Of a DNA stretch of 48,055 nucleotides, positions 28,265 to 36,573 are shown in pieces (position 1 is the first letter of the stretch; the number at the start of each line of letters is the position of its first letter). A model generated the notes under the pieces. That model was not told the DNA's origin, did no database searches, and saw nothing but the letters and a program-made list of their open reading frames with translations. Source of the stretch: a virus (lineage: Duplodnaviria; Caudoviricetes). The DNA is taken from IMG/VR virus record IMGVR_UViG_3300037307_000569, positions 1-48,055 of that record. The stretch is one strand, 5' to 3'. A program made the translations under genes and the position numbers.

Positions 28265-28522
28265 ATGAACAAAAAATTGATTGCCCTTCGAAAGGAAGTC
28301 GCCCTCGCCAAGCGTAGCTGGGAAAAGGCCAAGGATGCTGTGCGCGTTGAATTCCTTGTCGGAACGAATGACAGCTTGAACAAAGCGGTTCTTGACGCGG
28401 AGAACGCCAGCGAACGCTACTACACCAAGCGGCAGGAATACTTGGAGTTTGCCGCTGCTACTCCCGAACCGCCCGCCACGCAAGCGGACGATGGCGCGAT
28501 TGTGGTCGTGATCGTTTTCTAG
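28265..28522 (+). CDS. Hypothetical coiled-coil early protein
   Basis: Leaderless promoter; terminator follows. Confidence 0.75.
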   Translation: MNKKLIALRKEVALAKRSWEKAKDAVRVEFLVGTNDSLNKAVLDAENASERYYTKRQEYLEFAAATPEPPATQADDGAIVVVIVF

Positions 28523-28672
28523 GTTGGTTACATGACAAGGGCAGGGCGAGCGGGGAAACCCGCTCGCTTTGTCTTTTTTTGTGGTTACTTCCGAAAGCAT
28601 CCCTCCTAAGTTAACCACAAAATTCTTGTTTTTCTGGTTGACAACACCTCGCACGCATGATATTTCGGGGGC

Positions 28673-29065
28673 ATGAAATCGAAACGCATTTCTGTTCCTG
28701 TTGTCGCTGGCCTTTTTTCTGCGTTTGGCATAAACCATAACGTGTACTATTTCCCAGAAGATAAAGAAGACGGATCGCTTCCCTTTGTCTGCCGAACGGA
28801 TGCCCACACTTTGCTTGGCTGGCCACAAGAACGGGGGTTTAAGGCCATGGAGTTTTCCCGCCGCCCAATGAAAAACGCGGCTCGTGTCCATATCATACGC
28901 TTCCCGAATGGTAGCTTGTTTTGGAGCCTGCAACCATTTAACAACTCTTTTCGCCCATGGGACGCCCGCTGCCTGTATCCAAAGGCACAAGCTTTTCTGA
29001 GCGATCACGGACTTGCCCCAAAGCTTCCAAATTCGTCTTGCCAAGTCTGGTTTCGTGCTACTTAA
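28673..29065 (+). CDS. Hypothetical early protein
   Basis: Leaderless (TTGACA at 28638). Confidence 0.7.
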   Translation: MKSKRISVPVVAGLFSAFGINHNVYYFPEDKEDGSLPFVCRTDAHTLLGWPQERGFKAMEFSRRPMKNAARVHIIRFPNGSLFWSLQPFNNSFRPWDARCLYPKAQAFLSDHGLAPKLPNSSCQVWFRAT

Positions 29066-29147
29066 AGTAGCAAAAAACAAAGATTTGTAGTTAGGAGTTA
29101 ATGCATCCCCTCAGAAGCAACCACAAAATTTATTGCATGCTTTTGCT

Positions 29148-29289
29148 AGCCACGGGGGAGGGTCGAACTCCCATTTCGCTTACTTTGTCGGGCGTGGCAA
29201 ATGCCCCTAGACTTTGAAACTCCTTAATACGCTTTAGCCGTCACATATTAAGGCTCTTTCAGCGGTTTTACCGTTTAAACTACCGTAGC
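29148..29289 (-). ncRNA. tRNA-like RNA with anticodon loop replaced by a two-hairpin domain
   Basis: Acceptor GCTACGG/CCGTGGC, D arm GTTT-AAACGGT-AAAA, T arm GGGAG-TTCGACC-CTCCC; about 80-nt insert closed by CGCT/AGCG. Confidence 0.7.
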
Positions 29290-29295
29290 ATTTAT

Positions 29296-29361
29296 GATTG
29301 CGGAAAGGAGTTGAACCTTTAACTACCTTTAGAGCCGTTTTGCCGTTAAACTACCGCAATC
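29296..29361 (-). ncRNA. Minimal tRNA-like RNA with shortened anticodon arm
   Basis: GATTGCGG/CCGCAATC acceptor, D and T arms intact, only 16 nt between them. Confidence 0.65.
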
Positions 29362-29368
29362 TTCCCGA

Positions 29369-29632
29369 TCAGGAAACTTTGACAATCTCCCCATTTTCAG
29401 CGGTGCAAGCCGCATACCAGCGGTGCGGCTTGGGATAGTGCGGTCCCTCGACGGCAAACTTGCCATTGCGTGGCTCGTTGCCGCCAAACGGCCCAGGCTG
29501 GTAATAAGTCACGGGGCGAACGAAAGCGGTCGCCTCCCCTTCCCCACGTTCGCACGCGGCCAGATATTCCAAACGAGCGGCGACGGCTTCTTTCAGTTCC
29601 TTCTTTGTCTTGAAATTGCGGTTTGTATACAT
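29369..29632 (-). CDS. Hypothetical phage protein
   Basis: MYTNRNFKTKKELKEAV...YQPGPFG...EGPHYPKPHRWYA. Confidence 0.75.
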   Translation of the reverse strand: MYTNRNFKTKKELKEAVAARLEYLAACERGEGEATAFVRPVTYYQPGPFGGNEPRNGKFAVEGPHYPKPHRWYAACTAENGEIVKVS

Positions 29633-29767
29633 AGCTTTGCTTGGTTGACGCGGGAAGATTGGCATGGTCTCGGGGGCAAGTCAACAATAAAAAATAAAGA
29701 TTTTGAAGTTAGCTCGCAACGCATCCCCTTCAAAGCAACCACAAAAACGCTAAGCAAATCCTTGTTT

Positions 29768-30115
29768 TTAATTCCCACCAGCCTTTCGCAAACGCGAAAG
29801 AATGGTGATGGTGTTGCGGCGAGTTGTATACATCAAACGTTGCACTGACAGGAACTCATCACGCGATATTTCGTGATATACCGTCCGATCCCGCACCATG
29901 TAAACAGGTGTATCAAAATGCAGGATAAGCAAGTCGCCAACGGCAATCGGCCTTATTTGCAACTCTTGTAGTAAACGCGGGGTATGCTGGCACAGCGCAC
30001 CCTCTAGCAATGCCAAAAAATCGCTTATTTCTTGCGATGTCTGTGCGCTTGCCGAAATGCAGGGGATATTGAAGTTGAAGGTGATTTCCTTCGGGTAAAT
30101 GATTGTCGCTTGCAT
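29768..30115 (-). CDS. Hypothetical early protein
   Basis: Leaderless-type promoter 37 nt upstream. Confidence 0.6.
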   Translation of the reverse strand: MQATIIYPKEITFNFNIPCISASAQTSQEISDFLALLEGALCQHTPRLLQELQIRPIAVGDLLILHFDTPVYMVRDRTVYHEISRDEFLSVQRLMYTTRRNTITILSRLRKAGGN

Positions 30116-30207
30116 GCCTCCCATATACCAAAAAACTTAGAACAAAGTCAATAAAAAAATGTTGAAATCTTATTGACATGGCCAGCCAATCCGCTATGCT
30201 CCGCGCT

Positions 30208-30285
30208 ATGAGTTTGTCAAAAATCATAGTCGAAGCGCTTTTCGTGGCGCTTTCGCTGCTACTTCTAACCATAATCCTATCATGA
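30208..30285 (+). CDS. 25-aa hydrophobic peptide
   Basis: Leaderless MSLSKIIVEALFVALSLLLLTIILS; ATGA overlap with next gene. Confidence 0.5.
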   Translation: MSLSKIIVEALFVALSLLLLTIILS

Positions 30286-30482
30286 ACACAACGGTCATCA
30301 AATGCACTTGCACCCATTCCTTCCAAAACAAGCGCTATGGGGCGGGTATGCGCCTTCACAATGACGACAGCAAGGGAGGATTTACTTGCACCGTCTGCGG
30401 AAACAGCAAGGCAAAATCGAGCAAACCAGCGGACGCTGCGGATGCTGAAACCAAGCCAGCAAAGAAAAAAGCCAAAAAATAG
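30282..30482 (+). CDS. Small Cys/His zinc-binding protein with basic tail
   Basis: CTCTH...CTVCG motifs; Lys-rich C-terminus. Confidence 0.7.
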   Translation: MNTTVIKCTCTHSFQNKRYGAGMRLHNDDSKGGFTCTVCGNSKAKSSKPADAADAETKPAKKKAKK

Positions 30483-30518
30483 GCTTGACTTGTCGCCACA
30501 ATCAGCCACGCTTGCCGC

Positions 30519-30851
30519 ATGACCAAAAAGGACTTTTTGTGTTTGGTCCGCATGGAAATGCGGCAGCATGGCCTGTTTCGTTTGGGATGGGTTTACGAAA
30601 TCAATCCTAGGCTTACAAGAACTTTGGGATTGTGTGATTCCAACAAATTCTGTCTGGTTTTTGCCGAACACCTTATCGATAAATGCTATTCTACTGTAAT
30701 GTGGGTTGTCCGTCATGAGATTGCCCACGCTTTGCATTTCGAGGATAAGGGAACGTTTGTGGCAAACGTCAAGAATTCTTACCACGGAAAGGAATTTAAA
30801 CGTTTCTGTAAGATCGTGGGGTGTCCCGCCACAAGATACATTCCCGCATGA
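30519..30851 (+). CDS. SprT-like zinc metalloprotease
   Basis: RTLGLC, VVRHEIAHAL, HGKEFK. Confidence 0.8.
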   Translation: MTKKDFLCLVRMEMRQHGLFRLGWVYEINPRLTRTLGLCDSNKFCLVFAEHLIDKCYSTVMWVVRHEIAHALHFEDKGTFVANVKNSYHGKEFKRFCKIVGCPATRYIPA

Positions 30852-31010
30852 TTTTTGTGGTTACGATAAAACGGACCCAGGCCAAGCCAACCACAAACCA
30901 GGAATTGCATGCAACAGGGCAAAAAATAAATGAAAAAAAGGCTTGCTTTGCCCCACGGTTTCTTTAGGGTGATGGCGCAACAGAGACCTAACCCTAACTT
31001 ACACACAGAA

Positions 31011-31811
31011 ATGAAACTAATCATTGCCAAGAATATCGTGAGCCCTGAAGCGCTCGCCGCCGTTCCCGTGCCGCATTCTACAGACACGTTTCAACCCATC
31101 CCGCACAGTCTGCTTGTCGATATGACTCGCCAGAATTTGCGCGATGCTGGTTTTGAAGTCATCTTTGAAGAACACGCCATTGCCCGCGAGGGGCAGCGCT
31201 ACTTTGGAGGATTTGCCATCACTGGCACCGAAATCACCGCCCCCGACCGTCAATTGGTTGTCGGCTTGCGGAATTCGCATGACAAGGGTTTCGCCGCATC
31301 AATCTGCTTGGGGGATCGCATGATTGTCTGCGAAAATCTCTGCTTTTCGGCATCGATCAAACTCGCCCGCAAACATACTACGTTCATCTTGCGTGACCTT
31401 AATGCGGTCATTGCACGCGCCGTGGGACGCTTGACGGGGCATTTCGGGGAAATGAATCGCCGCATCGATGCTTACAAGGCCAGCGGCTTGCTGCGACCCG
31501 AAGCGGCTGAATTGGTGTATCTGCTCGCTCGCAAGGGTGCGCTGCCGCCCCGCGAGATTTTCAACACCATTTCGGAATGGGAGTCGCCACGTCACGCGGA
31601 ATTCGCTGGCGGGACGCTCTGGACGCTCTTTAACGCGGTCACTGAGCAGCTTAAGGGTAGCGACCTCACCAAGCTTCCCGACCGCACCATGACCATGCAA
31701 TCGATCTTTGATACCCGCGTGGGGTTTGATCGCGTGGTTGACATCGACACTGAGGAAGTGGAAATCACGACCTCAGTCGGGCCACTGGAAGACGAGGACG
31801 AAGAAGCGTAA
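31011..31811 (+). CDS. DUF932-like protein
   Basis: TFQPIPH, GLRNSHDK, VCENLCF, RKHT, TLWTLFNAVTE motifs. Confidence 0.7.
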   Translation: MKLIIAKNIVSPEALAAVPVPHSTDTFQPIPHSLLVDMTRQNLRDAGFEVIFEEHAIAREGQRYFGGFAITGTEITAPDRQLVVGLRNSHDKGFAASICLGDRMIVCENLCFSASIKLARKHTTFILRDLNAVIARAVGRLTGHFGEMNRRIDAYKASGLLRPEAAELVYLLARKGALPPREIFNTISEWESPRHAEFAGGTLWTLFNAVTEQLKGSDLTKLPDRTMTMQSIFDTRVGFDRVVDIDTEEVEITTSVGPLEDEDEEA

Positions 31812-31990
31812 GGCCAGCAAATCGGGGGGGGCGGGAAACCGCCCCCCAAAAAATTTGTGGTTGCTTCACACCGCGCCCCTTCTGAGCTAACCACAAAAAC
31901 AAAACATTGCCTGCAATAACTGTATGCATGCCACAAAGATTCTTTATTTAAGCTCTTGACAAAGCAAAAAGGGCCGCTTATTTTGTCGGC

Positions 31991-32281
31991 ATGGCAAAGA
32001 TTTACCAACATCCGCAAGAAACTTGGGACGAAAAGAAATGCCAAGCGGTTGCAAAACATCGGGGCAGGGATGGCTACGGCTCTCTTCACCCATACAAGGG
32101 ATTGGTTTCGCCCGTAGGATCGTGCTATATTCAGTATGGCAGAACGATCAAATATAACGGCGGGTGCCTTCGCAACGGGGAATGGTATGACGGGGAAGAA
32201 ATGCCGCTGCCAAAAATCCCGAAAGGATGGGAGTTTTATACCATTCCGACTTGGGGAATTTATCTAAGGAAAAAATCATGA
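31991..32281 (+). CDS. Hypothetical protein
   Basis: Leaderless (TTGACA at 31956). Confidence 0.7.
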   Translation: MAKIYQHPQETWDEKKCQAVAKHRGRDGYGSLHPYKGLVSPVGSCYIQYGRTIKYNGGCLRNGEWYDGEEMPLPKIPKGWEFYTIPTWGIYLRKKS

Positions 32282-32673
32282 AACATCCTATTACCTATTT
32301 TGTTCTTTCGCGCATTGCTGCGATGAAAGACGATCTGGAGCGCTTCTTGTATGCTCTTAAACGATATGGGATTATCTTTGAGGGATACGAGTGCGATCTT
32401 CCAAGCGGAAGCCTCTCCTACCAACAAAAATGGGATAGCAGATTAGAAAGGATGTTGTCAGAAGAAGAATTGCTGGCAAGATTTGCTGCAAAGCAAAAAG
32501 ATTTTCATGCGTGCAAAAACTATATCAAATTGGCCGAACGGTTTTTCTTTCGCCAAATGGGTGAAAACAAGCCTTTGATGGTGCTGGAATGGAACCCAGC
32601 ATTGCAAACCAGTAATTTCTATTTGGTTAAATCAGTTCCAACCACTTATCAAAAATTCACAAAAATCTCTTGA
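32278..32673 (+). CDS. Hypothetical protein
   Basis: ATGA overlap with upstream gene. Confidence 0.65.
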   Translation: MKHPITYFVLSRIAAMKDDLERFLYALKRYGIIFEGYECDLPSGSLSYQQKWDSRLERMLSEEELLARFAAKQKDFHACKNYIKLAERFFFRQMGENKPLMVLEWNPALQTSNFYLVKSVPTTYQKFTKIS

Positions 32674-32704
32674 CTTTCCATCAAAATTAAAACAAAACAC
32701 ACCC

Positions 32705-33004
32705 ATGAACGCAAAGGGACTAGCCAAACAATTGGTTTCTGTCACACCAAGGACAGAAATCTACGTGGATTTGAATGGGTTTTCCGTGGGGTGGATTCAT
32801 ACAATTGTTGACCGTTTGCTTGATATGAGCCGAACGCGCTCGGACGATGAGGCAGAAGGTCACTTTGCCTTTGAAGCTGGGGGGCTGGGGGTTCTCTTTA
32901 GAACTGATGCGCAATACGCAAAAAAAGTTGTCGCTAAAGCAAATTCGTTAATTGCCTTAGCTGCCAAAACTTATAATAAAGACGCTCTGTACGTCCGTGT
33001 ATGA
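32705..33004 (+). CDS. Hypothetical protein
   Basis: Leaderless (TTGACT at 32670). Confidence 0.7.
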   Translation: MNAKGLAKQLVSVTPRTEIYVDLNGFSVGWIHTIVDRLLDMSRTRSDDEAEGHFAFEAGGLGVLFRTDAQYAKKVVAKANSLIALAAKTYNKDALYVRV

Positions 33005-33072
33005 TTCTTGAATTTTCTTCTTGACTTTCTCTCAACACCAAAACAAAATACGAGCACAAAAAAAACAACACT

Positions 33073-33366
33073 ATGAATACTGAAAACACAGAACAGGCAC
33101 AAGAAGTTGCCGCCGTTACTACTATCGCCGCCCCTGTCAAACGTGGGCGTGGCCGTCCTGCCAAAGGCTTTGCCGTCCGCTGGTCGGCAATTCGCCACTT
33201 GTGGAAAACCAACACTGACAAGGAATTGGCTTTGCGCCTCAACGTGTCCGTCCCGCTGATCCATCGCAAGCGTCTGCTGCTAATTGCCAGCGGTTTCGAT
33301 GCCGCACCCAAGCGCCCAAGCTATTCCCGCGTACGCAAGGAAATCAAAGCGAAGTTCTCCGCTTAA
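33073..33366 (+). CDS. Small DNA-binding protein (AT-hook-like + HTH)
   Basis: KRGRGRPAK then TDKELALRLNVSVPLIHRKR. Confidence 0.65.
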   Translation: MNTENTEQAQEVAAVTTIAAPVKRGRGRPAKGFAVRWSAIRHLWKTNTDKELALRLNVSVPLIHRKRLLLIASGFDAAPKRPSYSRVRKEIKAKFSA

Positions 33367-33403
33367 TCAACCTACAGTGCAACACCACACACCATCAAAC
33401 AAA

Positions 33404-33757
33404 ATGAAAAACAAGAATCAACCGAAGACTGTGGCACAACTCCGTCACGAGGGATGCAAGGTGCGGGTTTCGCATCACCGCTTCCCCCAAAGCGGAAATC
33501 CGCAATTCTCCCCACACTTCCAATACCACCAAGCTTTGCTGAAAGAAAGCCGTGTGGCAATCGACCCCAAGGGGGGTTATACCGAAGTGGAAATCACCAT
33601 GCCAGACGGCAAGGTTGTCAATGGTCGGGCCTATTGCTCCCTACAAGATACGTTCAACCGTAAGGTGGGGCTTGTCAAAGCGCTTGGCAGGGCACTTGGA
33701 GCGCAAAAACGCTCCGACCGCGCCCTTATCAGATCCATCCACAATTACCCTGATTAA
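33404..33757 (+). CDS. Hypothetical phage protein
   Basis: PKGGYTEVEI...GRAYCSLQDTFNRKVG; terminator follows. Confidence 0.7.
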   Translation: MKNKNQPKTVAQLRHEGCKVRVSHHRFPQSGNPQFSPHFQYHQALLKESRVAIDPKGGYTEVEITMPDGKVVNGRAYCSLQDTFNRKVGLVKALGRALGAQKRSDRALIRSIHNYPD

Positions 33758-33829
33758 AACACGCAAACCACAAGGGGGAACGAAAGTTCCCCCCGCATCA
33801 CTCCTTAATTATCAGATTAAATAGCCACC

Positions 33830-34042
33830 ATGCCAACCATTCACAATTACCGTTCTACAAGCCTAATAGCTGCCGCTATGGCTCTTGGTGGATTATACGC
33901 TGGCGATTTCCCTATCGGCGGCGACTTCCCTATCAGTGGGAATAAAAGCAACCCGCCCAAAACTCCCGCATTATCACGCGATGATGAATGGTATATTGCA
34001 AGGGCGGAAGCAAAACGAAAAAGAAAAGGGTGGAAGAAATGA
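33830..34042 (+). CDS. Small hypothetical protein
   Basis: GDFPI repeated twice; C-terminal AEAKRKRK. Confidence 0.6.
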   Translation: MPTIHNYRSTSLIAAAMALGGLYAGDFPIGGDFPISGNKSNPPKTPALSRDDEWYIARAEAKRKRKGWKK

Positions 34043-34088
34043 GATTTGAGGTTAGCAGAAAACGCGCCCCTTCCCACCCAACCTCAAA

Positions 34089-34313
34089 TTAAATACTTTT
34101 CTTTTTGCGAACATAAAGGGCTCTGTCTCTTTCATTGCGCAAGAAAACAAAACCTTTGTTTTTCAATTCCTCCATAAGTCGGGGGTTATAGTATGGATTA
34201 TTTCGCTCGTATGCAGTGCAAATTGATATGCATTCATACTCGCTTCCCCCCGTATCGGGATGGCGATTATAATAAAGGCAACCGACTCCGCATTTAAGTG
34301 TGATGTATGGCAT
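34089..34313 (-). CDS. Small hypothetical protein
   Basis: 74-aa ORF downstream of the gp88-like gene. Confidence 0.55.
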   Translation of the reverse strand: MPYITLKCGVGCLYYNRHPDTGGSEYECISICTAYERNNPYYNPRLMEELKNKGFVFLRNERDRALYVRKKKSI

Positions 34314-34355
34314 AGCTTATTTCCTTTTATTTTGTTGCATGCTGATCGAAACGGG

Positions 34356-34982
34356 CTAGTGTTTCTTGTATGCCACGTTCACCGCTTGCTTATTCCAGCA
34401 CTTCCGACAAAAACCACACTTGTTTCCTTGCTTTGATGCGGGACAATTGTAATTAAAGGTTTGAACGGTGGAGGTCTGCACGCCAAGTTGCTCGGCCAAT
34501 CCGCTAGGCGGTGGCCCGTCGATCATGTAAGCGGAAAGCCTGACGACAAGGTTTTTAGGAAAAGCGCCGAAAGTATTGACATATTCTCGGATCATTCCGT
34601 ATTCCCGAGTCGGCAACCAAAACTTAACCTTTGGACAAAGGCAGGCAACTGCGACAATACGGCAGAGATGAAACAAGGATTGAATATCCCCCGAATCATG
34701 CCAGCGAAAGAAAGGATTGCCCGTTGAGTTAATAAGAAAAACCATAGCATCAACCCATCGCGCATGACCCAAGAAATTAAAACGTTTGGTCATTGCTTGT
34801 CGCGGGCGCGGATACATGTAATTGCCCTTTTTTGCATAGCACTTGCTGCACACGCTTCCATTTTGTTTGGCAAGCTTGCGACCAACCTTGCACTTGCTGG
34901 CTGGAATGGAATAGCCAAGGCAAGGCATTTTGGAAGGATAGCTTAACCCGCCCGTGATTGCGACCGCTTCCCGATTCGTCAT
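34356..34982 (-). CDS. Gp88-like Cys-rich phage protein
   Basis: GGLSYPSKMP, CSKCYAKKG, FRWHDSGD, WLPTRE, NLVVRLS, CGFCRKCW. Confidence 0.75.
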   Translation of the reverse strand: MTNREAVAITGGLSYPSKMPCLGYSIPASKCKVGRKLAKQNGSVCSKCYAKKGNYMYPRPRQAMTKRFNFLGHARWVDAMVFLINSTGNPFFRWHDSGDIQSLFHLCRIVAVACLCPKVKFWLPTREYGMIREYVNTFGAFPKNLVVRLSAYMIDGPPPSGLAEQLGVQTSTVQTFNYNCPASKQGNKCGFCRKCWNKQAVNVAYKKH

Positions 34983-35337
34983 GAGGGAAAGATAAGCTTT
35001 TCTCGACCCAAGTCAATAAAAATCGAAGAAAATTCTGCCACTCGATTTAATTTCTATGTTCACAAAACATAATATCCGTGTAACCCTTCCTGATGAAACA
35101 ACTCGCGACAGATTGTTGGTCAAGAAATCCCATTTATTTGGGCGGTTCTTGATGGATATTTGGCAAAAGTTGTATCCATCTGAAGAGCCAGCCCAAAAAA
35201 GCTGGTTTTTTTGTTGACATCCCTCGCATATTTGACAGAATGTGCGTCGAACTGAACGCAAATGGTGGCGCGAACACCATAACGACCGTGGTAGTACGGG
35301 GGTGACGGCAAGTCCGTGGCAAGTCTGGTGTTTTTTT

Positions 35338-35412
35338 GGGGGTAAAGCATTGATGGTGATGCTCGTGGCTTTTAACCATGAGAAGCGGGTTCAAGTCCCG
35401 ATGCCCCTACCA
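35338..35412 (+). tRNA. tRNA-Lys(TTT)
   Basis: Cloverleaf, loop CT-TTT-AA, encoded CCA. Confidence 0.9.
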
Positions 35413-35502
35413 ATTTTTGGCCAAAAGAAAGCGTCGAGCTATGCAGTGAAAGACGTAGCTCCGAGAAAAGACAGCGTAAAAGCCGTTATCTTTCTCAATT
35501 TT

Positions 35503-35579
35503 GTCATCGTAGCCTAATTGGCAGCGGCGTCTGATTTAGGATCAGAAGGTTGGGGGTTCGACTCCCCCCGATGGCACCA
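35503..35579 (+). tRNA. tRNA-Leu(TAG), short variable loop
   Basis: Cloverleaf, TCTGA-TTTAGGA-TCAGA, CCA. Confidence 0.88.
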
Positions 35580-35585
35580 TTTTAT

Positions 35586-35660
35586 AGACCGCAGGAGGAC
35601 TGGCGCACTCGTCTGACTGTTAATCAGAAGAGCATGGATCGTAACCATGGCGGTCTGCCA
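35586..35660 (+). tRNA. tRNA-Asn(GTT)
   Basis: Cloverleaf, atypical T loop ATCGTAA, CCA. Confidence 0.85.
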
Positions 35661-35662
35661 AT

Positions 35663-35820
35663 TTCACGCGCCGACCCGCAACGTAGCCTTGCGGGCGCGT
35701 CAAGGGGATAAAACCACCATGAACAAGTGGAATAAAATCCTTGACAGTCGGAACAGATGTGGGGTAACTTACCCGTGCGTTCGCGGAAGTCCACACTGAT
35801 GATTCACCGTAGCGCGTGAA
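35663..35820 (+). ncRNA. Unknown multi-stem RNA (about 158 nt)
   Basis: Closing stem TTCACGCGC/GCGCGTGAA; inner stems CCGAC/GTCGG, CCCGCAA/TTGCGGG, GTCAAGG/CCTTGAC. Confidence 0.6.
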
Positions 35821-35827
35821 AATTTTT

Positions 35828-35913
35828 AGCGGGGTATACAAGTAGTCAAAGTAGCGAGGTTCATACCCTCGCGGGTTCGCCCTTCGGCGGTGCAAATCCG
35901 CCCCCCGCCACCA
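35828..35913 (+). tRNA. tRNA-fMet-like (CAT) with long variable arm
   Basis: A1:C72 mismatch, CGAGG/CCTCG anticodon stem, GGG-TTCG-CCC variable arm, CCA. Confidence 0.8.
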
Positions 35914-35914
35914 T

Positions 35915-35991
35915 CCCTATGTAGCCTAATTGGCAGCGGCGTCTGACTCAAGATCAGAAGGTTGTGGGTTCGACTCCCACCATAGGGACCA
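35915..35991 (+). tRNA. tRNA-Leu(CAA), short variable loop
   Basis: Near-identical body to Leu(TAG); CCA. Confidence 0.88.
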
Positions 35992-35994
35992 ATT

Positions 35995-36060
35995 GCGGCA
36001 GCAAGTTCGCGAACAGACTCTCATAAGGTCAGTTTCGGGGTTCGATTCCCCTTGCCGCTA
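35995..36060 (+). tRNA. Degenerate CAT-anticodon tRNA with minimal D arm
   Basis: GCGGCAG/TTGCCGC, GTTC-GC-GAAC, GACT-CTCATAA-GGTC, T arm intact, no CCA. Confidence 0.5.
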
Positions 36061-36069
36061 CTTTTTAAC

Positions 36070-36149
36070 GGGGCTTTGGTGTAACGGGAAGCATATAACC
36101 GTGATTGGCCGACACGGAGGACGGGAGCGGTTCGACTCCGCAAGCCTCT
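36070..36149 (+). ncRNA. tRNA-like RNA with distorted anticodon arm (9-nt loop)
   Basis: GGGGCTT/AAGCCTC acceptor, D and T arms present, CCGTG-ATTGGCCGA-CACGG. Confidence 0.55.
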
Positions 36150-36162
36150 CTAAAATTTCAAT

Positions 36163-36233
36163 GCCGTAAAGGTGTAACGGTTGCACGGCTGGCTCAATCG
36201 GCTGGCAGGAGCGGTTCAATTCCGACAGCGGCT
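36163..36233 (+). pseudogene. Degenerate tRNA-like element
   Basis: D arm and GGTTCAATTCC T loop present; weak acceptor stem; no CCA. Confidence 0.45.
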
Positions 36234-36238
36234 TTAAC

Positions 36239-36312
36239 ATGCAATTGGTATAGTGGCCGTGCCATGGTCTCCAAAACCATAGAGAGGGGTTCGATTCCTC
36301 TATTGCATGCCA
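36239..36312 (+). tRNA. tRNA-Trp(CCA)
   Basis: ATGGT-CTCCAAA-ACCAT; G73; CCA. Confidence 0.9.
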
Positions 36313-36422
36313 AACAAGCAGAAAAAAGAACGAAAGATTAGGTTGACAATCCGTGATTCCATGATCAGGTATATCTGCGGTGAAGCTGAAATTCGTTGTG
36401 CGCAACTTTTCTGTTTGTCCTA

Positions 36423-36497
36423 CGGAAGCGGGCAGGCTGGGTATGCGCTACGTTTGGGGCGTAGACGAGGCGGGTTCGATTCCCGCGCTTCCGACCA
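36423..36497 (+). tRNA. tRNA-Pro(TGG)
   Basis: CTACG-TTTGGGG-CGTAG; CCA. Confidence 0.9.
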
Positions 36498-36501
36498 CAA
36501 T

Positions 36502-36573
36502 CCCTGTTTAGCTGAGACAGATTAGCATTGCGCTGAAGACGCAAAGAGATTGGAGCGATACCAATAACAGGGG
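36502..36573 (+). tRNA. tRNA-Phe(GAA)
   Basis: TTGCG-CTGAAGA-CGCAA; atypical T loop; CCA not encoded. Confidence 0.8.

Larger units (their letters stand above)
23273..34087 (+). repeat. Dispersed 42-bp element TTGWRGTT-N26-AACYWCAA, 13 copies
   Basis: Starts at 23273, 24235, 25198, 26037, 26904, 27452, 28178, 28579, 29085, 29703, 30855, 31855, 34046; all intergenic, spacer always 26 bp. Confidence 0.92.

Noticed and set aside
28184-30785. Long minus-strand ORFs of 298 aa and 290 aa
   Set aside because: Antisense to several well-supported leaderless + strand genes and run through terminators and repeat elements
23273-34087. 42-bp elements as a CRISPR array
   Set aside because: Copies are 0.4-2.2 kb apart with whole genes between them, the interior varies, and no cas genes are present
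35796-35825. Hammerhead ribozyme (CTGATGA...GAAA)
   Set aside because: Stem II would close with a T-T pair, and the GTGAA is used by the 9-bp closing stem; no convincing stems I/III
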